Shown: positions 49,401 to 59,889 of the stretch, one piece after another
How positions within the stretch are numbered: position 1 is the first letter of the stretch
Layout of the letters: the number at the start of each line of letters is the position of its first letter
Source of the DNA: Spirochaetia bacterium
Lineage (GTDB): Bacteria > Spirochaetota > Spirochaetia > SZUA-6 > Bin103
Direction: 5' to 3'
DNA length: 64,000 bases
Assembly: GCA_965203905.1 (NCBI GenBank)
Contig: CBDBDQ010000005.1
Span: 1,824,001 to 1,888,000, forward strand
Made by a program: the position numbers and the translations under genes
Notes under the pieces: model-generated
Databases searched by the model: none
The model's input: only the letters and a program-made list of their open reading frames with translations
Told to the model about the DNA's origin: nothing

Positions 49401-52400
49401 GGTCAGCCTGCTCTCGGAGCCGCGGGACGAGGTGACGGTCACCCTGACGAGCCCCGATCCCAAGGCGGTGACGGTCTCACCGGAGCGGTTGATCTTCTAC
49501 TCCGGCAACTGGGACAGGCCGCAACGGGTGACCGTCACGGCCGTGCCGGACGCCGACCATGCCGACGAGACGGTCATCGTCACTCACACCGCACGCGAAA
49601 AAGATTACCAAGAAGAAGAAGAATACAAGGACGCCAAGCTCACGGTCACCGTGGAGGACGACGAGGTGGCAGGCGTGGTGCTGAGCAAGACCGAGGTGCG
49701 CATGCCGGAGGGTGCGCAGGCGTCCTACACCGTCAGTTTGCGCTCGGAGCCGCGGGCCGAGGTGACGGTCACCCTGACGAGTGCCGATACCAATGTGGTG
49801 ACGTTCTCGCCTGCGCAGTTGATCTTCAACCCCGACAACTGGGACACGCCGCAACGGGTGACTGTCACCGGCGTCCATGACGACGACATCGAGCCCGGGG
49901 AGGACCACATCACCCACACCGGACGCGAAAAGGATTACCAAGAAGATTACCAGGGCGCCGAGTTCACGGTCACGGTCGAAGACGACGACGAAGCGGGCGT
50001 AACGCTCAACCCGAGCGCCGTACGCACGGACGAAGGTGGGCAGGAGACGAGCGCCGTACGCACGGACGAAGGCGCGCAGGTGACCTACGCGGTCAGCCTG
50101 CTCTCGGAGCCGCGGGCCGAGGTGACGATCACCCTGACGAGCGCCGATCCCAAGGCAGCGACGGTTTCACCCCTGCAGTTGATCTTCAACCCGGACAACT
50201 GGAACACGCCGCAACTGGTTACCGTCGCGGGCGTGCCTGACGACGACCACGCCGACGAGACGGTCACCGTCATCCACTCCGCGAGCGGCCCGGGTTACCA
50301 GGCCAGCGCCGAGTTCACGGTCACGGTCGAAGACGACGACGTAGCGGGCGTAACGCTCGACCCGAGCGCGGTACGCACGGACGAAGGTGGGCAGGAGTCC
50401 TACACGGTCAGCCTGCTCACCGAGCCGCGGGCCGAGGTGACGGTCACCCTGACGAGCGCCGATCCCAAGGCGGCGACGGTTTCACCCATGCAGTTGAACT
50501 TCAACCGGGACAACTGGAACGCGCCGCAACTGGTTACCGTCACGGGCGTGCCTGACGACGACCATGCCGACGAGACGGTCATCGTCAGCCACACCGCACG
50601 CGGACCGGATTACCAGGGCAGCGCCGAGCTCACGGTCACCGTGGAGGACGACGAGGTGGCAGGCGCGGCGCTGAGCAGGACGGAGGTGCGCCTGGTGGAG
50701 GGCGCGCAGGCGTCCTACACCGTCAGTTTGCTCTCCCAGCCGCCGGGCGAGGTGACGGTTACCGTGACGAGTGCCGATATCAATGTAGTGACGGTCACAC
50801 CTGCGCAGTTGACCTTCTACCCCGGCAACTGGGATCTGCCGCAACGGGTGACTGCCGCCGGCGTCCCTGACGACGACGCCGAGGACGGGGAGGTCGACAT
50901 TACCCACACCGCAAGCGGCCCCGGTTACGACGGCGGCGCCGCGGCAACGGTCACCGCCAGCGTCGAGGACGACGACGAGAAAGGCGTCACCTTCACTCCA
51001 ACCGCGATACGTATCGGCGACGGCACGACGATGCGCGGCTATGGCGTGGTGCTGGACACGGTGCCCAGCGACCGGGTGACGATCGTGCCGGAGAGCGAGG
51101 ACCCCGGCACGCTGCGCGTGACGCCGGAGCGCCTTACCTTCACGCCGGACAACTGGAACCAGCGGCAGTACGTGACCATCACCAGCTCCGAGATCTTCGA
51201 GGACCAGACCGTCCGCGTGCTCCACCAGGTGAGCGGAGCGAACTACGAGGAGATCGCAGCCGCTGCCGTAACGGTCGCCGTGGTCGACGACGAGCGCGCG
51301 CAGCGCAGTCTCCTGGCCGAGCACTGGCTGGCGCGGTTCGGCCGCACCGTAGGCAGCCACGCGGTGGACAACGTGCGCGGGCGCGTCGCAGCGACGTCGG
51401 GCGAGGCGTACGTCACCCTGAACGGGCTCCGCCTGGGCGACCTGCCGAGCGCCGCGTCCGACGCCGCGCCGGCGCCGGTGAGCGTGGCCGGGCCCGCTCC
51501 GTCGCTGCAGCAACTGGCAGGCGCCAGCGCGTTTCAGGCCGAGGGGTTTCGGCCCGGCCTGGTGCTGTGGGGCCGCGGCGCATTCACCGACTTCGAGGAC
51601 CAGCCGACAGACGACCTGGCCCTCAACGGGGACGTGCTCTCGGGCCACCTGGGAGCGGACTACCGGTTCAACCGGCAGTGGCAGGCGGGCGTGGCCGTGT
51701 CCTACACCGGCGGCGCCGGCGACGTCGCCGACCGCGAAGCGTCTGCCGACGCCGACGTGACGTCGTGGCTGGTGAGCGGCTACCCTTACGTGCGCTTCTC
51801 ACCCCTGGACGAGCTGGCGGTCTGGCTTGCGTTGGGCCTGGGCTACGGCGAGATGGAGTTGGACGACGCTCCGAGGCCGGTGCGGCCGGAGATCGCGATG
51901 TACCTGGCAGCCGCGGGCATCGACAGCACGTTGTTGACGGTGCAGCACTTCCGGCTGGCGCTGAGCGCCGACGCCTTTGCCGTGCGCATGGAGTCGTCGG
52001 ACAGTGCGCCGGCGCTGCCGGCACTGAGCGTGGACGTGCAGAGCGTGCGGCTGCTGCTGGAGGGCCATGCCAAATTGGGACTTACGTCGGTCTCGCGGCT
52101 TGAGCCGAGCCTGGAGCTGGGCGCACGTTTCGACGGCAGTGATTCCGAGAACGGCATCGGCGGCGAAGTGGGAGGCGGTCTGGCCTACGTCAACACCGCA
52201 CTCGGCTTGAACGTGGAGGCCCGCGGCCGCTACCTGCTCATGCACCAGGAAAGCGCGCTTCACCAGTGGGGAGCCAGCCTGATGGTGAGCCTGGCACCCG
52301 GCGGGGGTGAGGGGTTGTCGCTGTCGCTGGCACCGGCCTGGGGCGTTGCGGCGAGCGGCGGGGACGCGGCGTTGCACGACGCCGGTCAGGTGGCCGCGTC

Positions 52401-52677
52401 AGACGCCGAAGAGCAGCTCCGTGGCCTGCAGCCGGACCAGATGGACTTGGCCGTGGGCTACGGCGTGAAGGTGGGCGACCGCGGCCTGCTGACGCCGTTC
52501 GGAGAGCTGGGCGTGGCGCGTGAGGCCACGCGGATGCGGGTGGGCCTGCGCCTGGGTGGTGCGGAGTCGCCGGCGGCCGAGGCACCGCTGGAGGTATACG
52601 TCGGACGGGACGCCACCACCCAGGACGCAGCCAACCCGGAGTACCACTTCGGGCTCAACGCATCGATCCGGGCCTGA
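43492..52677 (+). CDS. Giant surface adhesin: 7x(cadherin+FN3), Ig-like/cadherin modules, 7 'LTF..DNW' repeats, C-terminal autotransporter-like beta-barrel
   Basis: Signal peptide; PVFDEG...VAEN...LDYE cadherin and W..P...Y.VRYR...YEVQV.A.N FN3 motifs; WLARFGRTV followed by amphipathic beta strands; start may be TTG 43531. Confidence 0.9.
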   Translation: MRTLTVTGERTERLRLAVPAAILLALAALLGAPQGVAAESLDPGTVVAAQVEESEPAPVFDEGAAATRQVAESANAGVHVGGPVTATAADDNDAALTYSLSGAAEFTIDAASGQIRVAGGAALDFETKSSYLVTVGVSDGKDASGDPDAAIDATISVTIAVTDVDEPPPAPVAPAVTRPASAPETSLDVTWTAPDTTGRPPLTDYDVRYRVPGEGWSSAVHDGTATTTTLTGLIANTTYEVQVSASNAEGGGPWSESGSGTTALEILEPSPVFDEGDVGSLRQVAENSAAGTAVGHRVTATDTNDAILTYALSGADEFTIDASSGQVRVASGAVLDYEEKDSYVVTVSVSDGKDQHGYPDPATDDTISFTIELIDELEPPPALALLVVSASAANPQTSLGVDWSAPDMTGRPPLSGYDVRYRVQGSTGWSRAAHDGTATTAMLDGLTAGTTYDVQVKAINDEGSSPWTSVTATTAAEVTEPQSAPVFDEGAATTRRVAENTPWGHRVGDRVTATDADGDALTYALSGADQFTIDAASGRIYVAREVVLDYETTTSYTVTVSVSDGKDLDGNADAATDATISVTIYVTDQTEKPPQLDGPTVSPRADDAETSLDVAWSAPDMTGKPAITRYDLRYRPKTPDNGWSTATYDDTRTSTTLTGLIPGTTYLVQVRATNADGSSEWSDHGEGTTAEASTNSGPTNVEPKFLANNALRTVAENSGVGTAVGEPIAATDADADTLTYSLSTPPDSRDPMFTIDAASGQIRVASGAVLNYEDAVARRHSMTVWVTDGKSSTGGVDASGDVSIAVMIDVSDELEPPPTLAAPSVTPTASAPQTSLDVTWVAPDMTGKPSIDTFDVRYRVQGHAAWSTIYASFRLIVGGAEGQLRTATLEDLIAGTTYEVEVRATNDEGTSPWSDAGTGTTAAEVRESNPPPVFDEGTAAFRQVAEDSGSGSAVGEPVIATDSNDDTLAYSLGGADEFTVDADSGQIRVASGVVLDFEAQPSYTVTLSVSDGKDLDGDSDATADATISVTIDLTDVNEPPPTPAAPFVTTPSSGAQTSLDVFWTAPDMTGRPPITDYEVRYRVQGSTGWSGGAYRGISTSTTLIGLFAGATYEVQVLASNAEGSSPWSASGTRTTVAAQQKSGPNEAPRFDQGASVVRKVAENAAAGTALGAAVTAFDPDGDTLIYSLSGSDQFTISAAGGQISVAPGAGLDFEANPSYTVTVSASDGRDDDGGADATADAHVSVSIELIDVAELPTAPAAPVVRRSGSDPETALDVSWVAPDMSGKPPITDYDVRYRAQGSIGWSNANHDGPNRNITLKDLAAGTPYEVQVLARNEDGSSPWSASGRTALKDYEPAPAFDEGAAATRRVTENSRAGTAVGAPVTATDANDSALTYSLSGALDFAIDATGQIRVASGAVMDYEAQPSYTVTVSVSDGKDRTGKAEDDPATDASISVTIEVRDVDEPPPAVGTPVVTRPAGSETSLDVTWTAPNMSGKPEITGYDVQYRESDTTAWMPHAFSGTGVETTITRLQESTRYEVQVRARNDEGIGRWSPIKATRPMVQISGPSETQTGRFAVHFTVMPEDVADFDGADVEVTNGSVESFEHLGRGTYVARIKPEATGTVSVRVPAGSFHGDGKANRESSLYQVEVEDSVPSVPAEVSFALEENRAGPVVLGAITDGTPQGVGGWTYTIASGAAGKFEIEEATGRLSYVGEGEDYETPPSSYTLTVTTTSVSGRTASTVVMVHVVNVNEPPQPVGKIANWVMHSGASITFNSEPYFVDPDGDSLQYKADSSDPVVATVQTSSPPVTITAQAEGRTMVTVTTCDPANECATQEMEVRVLEENIDFIPDELEVKEGAQETYTVNLLDVPPGRVTITLTSADPGAATVSPGQLTFNPDNWDTGQPVTVAGVPDADHVDETVTVIHSASGMGYRGSAEFTVTVMDDDVAGVRLDPTAVRMDEGAQQSYEVSLLSEPRDEVTVTLTSPDPKAVTVSPERLIFYSGNWDRPQRVTVTAVPDADHADETVIVTHTAREKDYQEEEEYKDAKLTVTVEDDEVAGVVLSKTEVRMPEGAQASYTVSLRSEPRAEVTVTLTSADTNVVTFSPAQLIFNPDNWDTPQRVTVTGVHDDDIEPGEDHITHTGREKDYQEDYQGAEFTVTVEDDDEAGVTLNPSAVRTDEGGQETSAVRTDEGAQVTYAVSLLSEPRAEVTITLTSADPKAATVSPLQLIFNPDNWNTPQLVTVAGVPDDDHADETVTVIHSASGPGYQASAEFTVTVEDDDVAGVTLDPSAVRTDEGGQESYTVSLLTEPRAEVTVTLTSADPKAATVSPMQLNFNRDNWNAPQLVTVTGVPDDDHADETVIVSHTARGPDYQGSAELTVTVEDDEVAGAALSRTEVRLVEGAQASYTVSLLSQPPGEVTVTVTSADINVVTVTPAQLTFYPGNWDLPQRVTAAGVPDDDAEDGEVDITHTASGPGYDGGAAATVTASVEDDDEKGVTFTPTAIRIGDGTTMRGYGVVLDTVPSDRVTIVPESEDPGTLRVTPERLTFTPDNWNQRQYVTITSSEIFEDQTVRVLHQVSGANYEEIAAAAVTVAVVDDERAQRSLLAEHWLARFGRTVGSHAVDNVRGRVAATSGEAYVTLNGLRLGDLPSAASDAAPAPVSVAGPAPSLQQLAGASAFQAEGFRPGLVLWGRGAFTDFEDQPTDDLALNGDVLSGHLGADYRFNRQWQAGVAVSYTGGAGDVADREASADADVTSWLVSGYPYVRFSPLDELAVWLALGLGYGEMELDDAPRPVRPEIAMYLAAAGIDSTLLTVQHFRLALSADAFAVRMESSDSAPALPALSVDVQSVRLLLEGHAKLGLTSVSRLEPSLELGARFDGSDSENGIGGEVGGGLAYVNTALGLNVEARGRYLLMHQESALHQWGASLMVSLAPGGGEGLSLSLAPAWGVAASGGDAALHDAGQVAASDAEEQLRGLQPDQMDLAVGYGVKVGDRGLLTPFGELGVAREATRMRVGLRLGGAESPAAEAPLEVYVGRDATTQDAANPEYHFGLNASIRA

Positions 52678-52685
52678 CGGTTGCC

Positions 52686-55160
52686 ATGAGGTCCCCAGCC
52701 GCACGCGGCACCCGCATCCTGATCGTACAGGATGAGCCCGCTGCAGCCGCCCGCCTGGCTGCGGACCTGGAAGGGCTGGGGCACACGGTGTGCGGCACCG
52801 TGGCGACCGGCTGGCAGGCGGTGGCGCAGGCCGCGGAGCTGTTGCCGGAGCTGGCGCTGGTCGATCTCGGCTGCGACGGCGCCACCGGCGAAGCGGCGGT
52901 GGAGCTGGCGGGTGAGTGCGACGTGCCGGTGCTCTACCTGGTGGGAGACACGCCCGACAGCGTATTGGAGCGGGCCGCGATGAGCGACCCGGCCGGCTAC
53001 CTGGTGCAGCCGTTCACCGCGGATCAGCTTGGATTGCAGATCGCCGCCGCGCGCACGATGCGCGGGCGCGATCGCCGGCTGCAGCGCCGCATCGCCCGGC
53101 TGCAACGGCGCTACGACCTGATGACCGCCGCGTTCGACAGCATCGAAGACGGGGTAGTGGCGGCCGATACCGCCGGCAGCATTCTGCTGACCAACACGAG
53201 CGCGGAACGCCTGTTCGGCACGACACCCGCGCCGCAGCCGCAGTGGCCCGAGGCATACGGCATGTTCCACGCCGATGGCGCAACCCGGCTGCAACCGGAC
53301 GAGGTGCCACTGGTGCGCGCCATGCGCGGCGTACAGGCGGAGGGCTTCGAGATGGTGGTGCGCAATCGGCACCACCCCGATGGGATCGTCACCACCGTCA
53401 GAATGTGCCCGTTGGGAAGCAAGGCGGGCATCGGCGGCGGCGTGGTCGTGATCCGTGACGTCACCAGGGACAGCGCCTCGGAGGCCAGTCTGCGGCGGAC
53501 GGTCGCGGACCTGGGCCGCTCGACGCGCCTCATGGACGCGGTCTTCGCCAACATCGACGACGGCGTGATCGCCTGCGACCCCGATGGCAACTACCTGATC
53601 TTCAATCGCAGCGCGGAGCGCATCATCGGCACCTATATGCCGGACGTGTCGATTGAGCACCGCTCCGAACGCTACGGGCTGTACTTTCCGGACGGCGTCA
53701 CGCTGGTGCCGTCCGAACAACTGCCGCTTACGCGCGCGCTGCGCAACGGCGAGGCAACGGACAACGTGGATATCGTGGTGCACAACGAGCATCGGCCGAA
53801 CGGCGTTCGCATCCGGATCAGCGGGCGACCGGTGGTCGACCGCGCGGGCCACAACCTCGGCGGAGTGATCGTCTTCCGCGACGTGACCTCCCTGCTCCGG
53901 AACGAGGACGAGCTGCGGCGGACGACCAACGAGCTGCAAGCTCAGCGGCGCACCATGCAGACGATCTTCGACAGCATCAGCGACGGAGTGATCGTGGCCA
54001 ACGGGGCCGGCAGGATCACCATGCGCAATCCCAACGCTGAGCGCTTCTTCGGCCCGATGCCGAGCACGCCGCCGATGGCGCAGTGGTCTCTCGTGTATGG
54101 CTGCTACCTCGAGGACGGCACCACCCCAATGCCGGTGGATCAACTGCCGCTGGTGCGAGCCATCCGCGGAGAGTCGATGGACGACGTGGCAATGTTCGTG
54201 CGCAACGAGGGCTTCCCGGACGGCCTGCACCTCAGAGCCAGCGGGCGGCCGCTGGAACACGGCCGGTCGGGCGGGGTGGTGGTGTACCGCGACGTAAGCG
54301 AACGGGTGCGCACGGAGGAAGCGCTGCTGCAGGCGTTCTCGCAGGGCCGGATGGAGGTGCTGGACACGATTCTCCACAACATCGGCAACGCCGTCAGCAG
54401 CGTCGCCGTGGGCACCGGGACCATCCGCGAGGAGCTGCAGGACGACCAGGCGCTGCGCGGGCTGCGCGCCCTGGCGCAGGCGGTGGCCGCGCAGGGCGAC
54501 GACTGGATCGGCTACCTGCAGCACGATCCGCAGGGGCGCCAGGTGCGGCCGTTCATCACCGCGCTCGCCGAGCAGTTCGGCACCCAGCACGATCGCATGC
54601 GGCGCGCCGTGGAGCGGGTCAGCGGGCGGGTGGCGCACATCGTGGACATCATCCGCACGCAGCGCTCGCTCGGCGGGCCGGCGCCGGTGTTCAAGGACCT
54701 CGACCTGCGGCAGACCGTGATCGATGCGGTCAAGGTGCTGCAGGAGTCGCTGAGGCGGCGCGCAATCAAGCTGCAGATCGACTGCGACAGCAGGCCGGTA
54801 ACGGTACGGATCCAGGAGAGCAGGTTCCACCAGATGCTGGTGAACCTGGTGAAGAACGCGATCGAGGCGATCGACGAGCAGGGACCGGGGCAAGGGGGCG
54901 TGGTGCGGATCGCGGCGCAGGTGCAGGGGGAGACGCTGCAGCTGGAGGTCACGGACAATGGCATCGGGCTGGAGCCGGAGCGCTTGCGGACGATCTTCTC
55001 GCCGGGCTACACCACCAAGCCGGAAGGCAGTGGGCTGGGCTTGCACTCGGCCGCGAACTACGTCATCGGATCGGGAGGCAGCATCGAGGCGCTGAGCGAC
55101 GGCATCGGCCACGGCACCACCATGCGCGTCAGGCTGCGCTTGCCGCCGAGCCCAGCGTGA
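52686..55160 (+). CDS. Pseudo-REC/3xPAS histidine kinase
   Basis: PAS repeats (SIEDGVV, NIDDGVI, SISDGVI), LHNIGN, NLVKNA, GSGLGL. Confidence 0.88.
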   Translation: MRSPAARGTRILIVQDEPAAAARLAADLEGLGHTVCGTVATGWQAVAQAAELLPELALVDLGCDGATGEAAVELAGECDVPVLYLVGDTPDSVLERAAMSDPAGYLVQPFTADQLGLQIAAARTMRGRDRRLQRRIARLQRRYDLMTAAFDSIEDGVVAADTAGSILLTNTSAERLFGTTPAPQPQWPEAYGMFHADGATRLQPDEVPLVRAMRGVQAEGFEMVVRNRHHPDGIVTTVRMCPLGSKAGIGGGVVVIRDVTRDSASEASLRRTVADLGRSTRLMDAVFANIDDGVIACDPDGNYLIFNRSAERIIGTYMPDVSIEHRSERYGLYFPDGVTLVPSEQLPLTRALRNGEATDNVDIVVHNEHRPNGVRIRISGRPVVDRAGHNLGGVIVFRDVTSLLRNEDELRRTTNELQAQRRTMQTIFDSISDGVIVANGAGRITMRNPNAERFFGPMPSTPPMAQWSLVYGCYLEDGTTPMPVDQLPLVRAIRGESMDDVAMFVRNEGFPDGLHLRASGRPLEHGRSGGVVVYRDVSERVRTEEALLQAFSQGRMEVLDTILHNIGNAVSSVAVGTGTIREELQDDQALRGLRALAQAVAAQGDDWIGYLQHDPQGRQVRPFITALAEQFGTQHDRMRRAVERVSGRVAHIVDIIRTQRSLGGPAPVFKDLDLRQTVIDAVKVLQESLRRRAIKLQIDCDSRPVTVRIQESRFHQMLVNLVKNAIEAIDEQGPGQGGVVRIAAQVQGETLQLEVTDNGIGLEPERLRTIFSPGYTTKPEGSGLGLHSAANYVIGSGGSIEALSDGIGHGTTMRVRLRLPPSPA

Positions 55161-57579
55161 GCCCCCGGCTTCTGATCGTTACCGCCGGCGCGGTCGCGGC
55201 GACCACCTTGCAGGAGCAGCTCCAGTATCTCGGTTATCAGGTGTGCGGAACGGTGCACGACCGCCGGGTGGTCTGCGCCCGTGCGGCGGAGCTGCGGCCC
55301 GACCTGGTCCTGATCGACCTGGCGCCCGGCCGTGAGGACGACGCCGGCGCGCTCGCGGCGGAGCTCGGCAGCGGGTTCGACGTTCCCGTGGTGTATCTGC
55401 TCACCGCGGCCGACCACGGCTCCGGCGCGGAGCTCCGGCTGCCCAACCTGTTCGGCCTGCTGCGGTATCCGTGCGGGACCCGCCAACTGCGCCTCACGAT
55501 CGGCGTCGCCCTGGCCCGCCATGGGCGCGAGCGCGGGCTGCACCGGACCATCGCCGAGCTTGAACGACGGCGCCATCTGGCCGCCTACTGCTTCGATTGC
55601 CTGCCGGACGCCTTGCTGCTGACCGGCACCGATGGCCGCCTGCTGCTGGTCAATCAGGTCGCGGCACGGATCGTCAGGGAGGCGTACGGCATATTCCGCG
55701 CCGATCGGGAGACCCCGATTGCGCTGAAGGAGCTGCTGGCCGCGCCGGCGGCCGCCGGCGGCACGATCTTCGTGCGCAGCCAGGACCAGCCGAGCGGCGC
55801 ACTCCTGAGCATCACGGTGAGCCAGCTTACGGACGGCAAGGGTGCCACGCTCGGGCGTGCCGTCATGCTCCGCGACGTGACCCGGCTCGACGAAGTGGAG
55901 GGCGGCGTGCGGCGGGCTGCCAGGGATCTGCAGCGCCAGAGCCGCCTCATGGAAGCCGTGCTGGAGAGCATCAGCGACGGCGTGATCGTGGCGGACCCGG
56001 ACGGCCGCTACGTGATCTACAATCGCAGCGCCAGGCGCATTCAGGGGCCACCCCTGTCCAGTCACGAGTCCGGCACCGCCTCTGGCGCGTACGGGTTCTA
56101 CACCCACGACCAGAGCACGCACGTTCCCGCTGACGAGCTGGCGCTGCCACGGGCGCTGCGCAACGAGGCGACCGCCAACATGGACCTCTACATACGCAAC
56201 CGGCATCGCCCGGAAGGAGCCTGGGTGCAGGTCAGTGGGAACCCGCTGCGAGACCAGTCGGGCGCCGTCCGCGGCGGCGTGATCGTCATCCACGACGTCA
56301 CTGCCGAACGCAGGACCGAGGGCGCACTGCAGCGCATGACCGACGCGCTGCGGTCGCAGACGCGGGCCATGGAGGTCGTGTTCGACAGCATCAGCGACGG
56401 CGTGGTGGCAGCCGATGGAGAGGGGCGCTTCACCCTGTTCAATTCGGCCGCCAGGCGCATGGTCGGCATGGGCATGACGAGTGCGGGCACGGACCGATGG
56501 TCGGAGCAGTACGGCATCTTCTTCGCCGACGGTGAAACCCAGGTGCCGACCGCCGAGTTGCCGCTGGTGAGAGCCATCCGCGGGGAGTCGACGGACGACA
56601 TGGCGCTGTTCGTGCGCAACGAGAGCATCCCGGACGGCGTGTACATCAGTGTCAACGGCCGCCCGCTGCGGGGAGCGCCGCGGGAGGGAGGATCCGAGGA
56701 AGCGAGAGGAGGAGTCATCACGTTTCGCGACGTAACCGAACGGGTGCGCACGGAGGAAGCGCTGTTGCAGGCGTTCTCGCAGGGCCGGATGGAGGTGCTC
56801 GACACGATTCTCCACAGCATCGGGAACGCCATCAACAGCGTCGCCGTGGGCACCGGGACCATCCGCGAGGAGCTGCAGGACGACCAGGCGCTACGCGGGC
56901 TGCGCGCCCTGGCGCAGGCGGTGGCGGCGCAGGGCGACGACTGGATCGGCTACCTGCAGAATGATCCGCAGGGGCGCCAGGTGCGGCCCTTCATCACCGC
57001 GCTCGCCGAGCAGTTCGGCAGCCAGCACGATCGCATGCAGCGCGCCGTGGAGCGGGTCAGCGGGCGGGTGGCGCACATCGTGGACATCATCCGCACGCAA
57101 CGCTCGGCCGGCGGGCCGGCGCCGGTGTTCAAGGACCTCGACCTGCGGCAGACCGTGATCGATGCGGTCAAGGTGCTGCAGGCGTCGCTGAGGCGGCGCG
57201 CAATCGAGCTGCAGATCGACTGCGGCAGCAGGCCGGTGACGGTACGGATCCAGGAGAGCAGGTTCCACCAGATGCTGGTGAACCTGGTGAAGAACGCGAT
57301 CGAGGCGATCGACGAGCAGGGACCGGGGCAAGGGGGCGTGGTGCGGATCGCGGCGCAGGTGCAGGAGGAGACGCTGCAGCTGGAGGTCACGGACAATGGC
57401 ATCGGGCTGGAGCCGGAGCGCTTGCGGACGATCTTCTCGCCGGGCTACACCACCCGCGCGGAGGGCAGTGGGCTGGGGCTGCACTCGGCCGCGAACTACG
57501 TCATCGCATCGGGAGGCAGCATCGAGGCGCTGAGCGACGGCATCGGCCGCGGCACCACCATGCGCGTCAAGCTGCGCTT
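54288..57579 (+). repeat. Near-identical direct repeat (~850 bp) of the kinase domain: 54288-55141 and 56726-57579
   Basis: Nucleotide-level near identity seen directly, offset 2438 bp. Confidence 0.9.
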
Positions 57580-57622
57580 TCCCGCTGTGCCCCGCTCCCA
57601 GCCGGCGCCAGGATCGGCCGTC

Positions 57623-57628
<6 letters not shown>
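55157..57628 (+). CDS. Second pseudo-REC/PAS histidine kinase (tandem paralog)
   Basis: GTG start overlapping the upstream stop; same architecture; LHSIGN. Confidence 0.88.
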
Positions 57629-59584
<1,956 letters not shown>

Positions 59585-59764
59585 TCCCCGTCCCCGTTAA
59601 ACACCCCTGTATCATATAAAACGGACCATTAACTTTACGTGTGTTTTCCAAGGAATAGAGTAGTATTATCGTAAACAACCGGGGTGGTTCTGCGCCGACC
59701 GTGATGCGCCTGAAAGGACCACAGGCCCGCGTGCTACCAGCGCGCCATGGCGTGAAGAAGTACT

Positions 59765-59837
59765 TGGAGGATAGGGGACTCGAACCCCTGACCTATTGAT
59801 TGCGAACCAATCGCTCTACCACCTGAGCTAATCCCCC
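59765..59837 (-). tRNA. tRNA-Ala(CGC)
   Basis: GGGGGATTAGCTCAG...TTCGCAA...GGTTCGAGTCC...ATCCTCCA; G3:U70; CCA not encoded. Confidence 0.96.
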
Positions 59838-59889
59838 GTGGACGCGGCGCAGTATGCCATAGATCGCGCCTTACCGCCATACTGTAGCC

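Noticed and set aside
54083-55156. N-terminal 358 aa of the 1181-aa ORF as a giant fused kinase or programmed frameshift
   Set aside because: Off-frame shadow of the upstream kinase; the real gene starts at GTG 55157 overlapping the stop codon
54288-57579. Template/variable repeat pair of a diversity-generating retroelement
   Set aside because: Differences are not adenine-specific, both copies are coding, and no reverse transcriptase is present
59849-59885. CAGTATG...CATACTG inverted repeat as a LexA box upstream of uvrC
   Set aside because: Better explained as back-to-back -10 elements for the tRNA and uvrC; no matching site seen upstream of lexA
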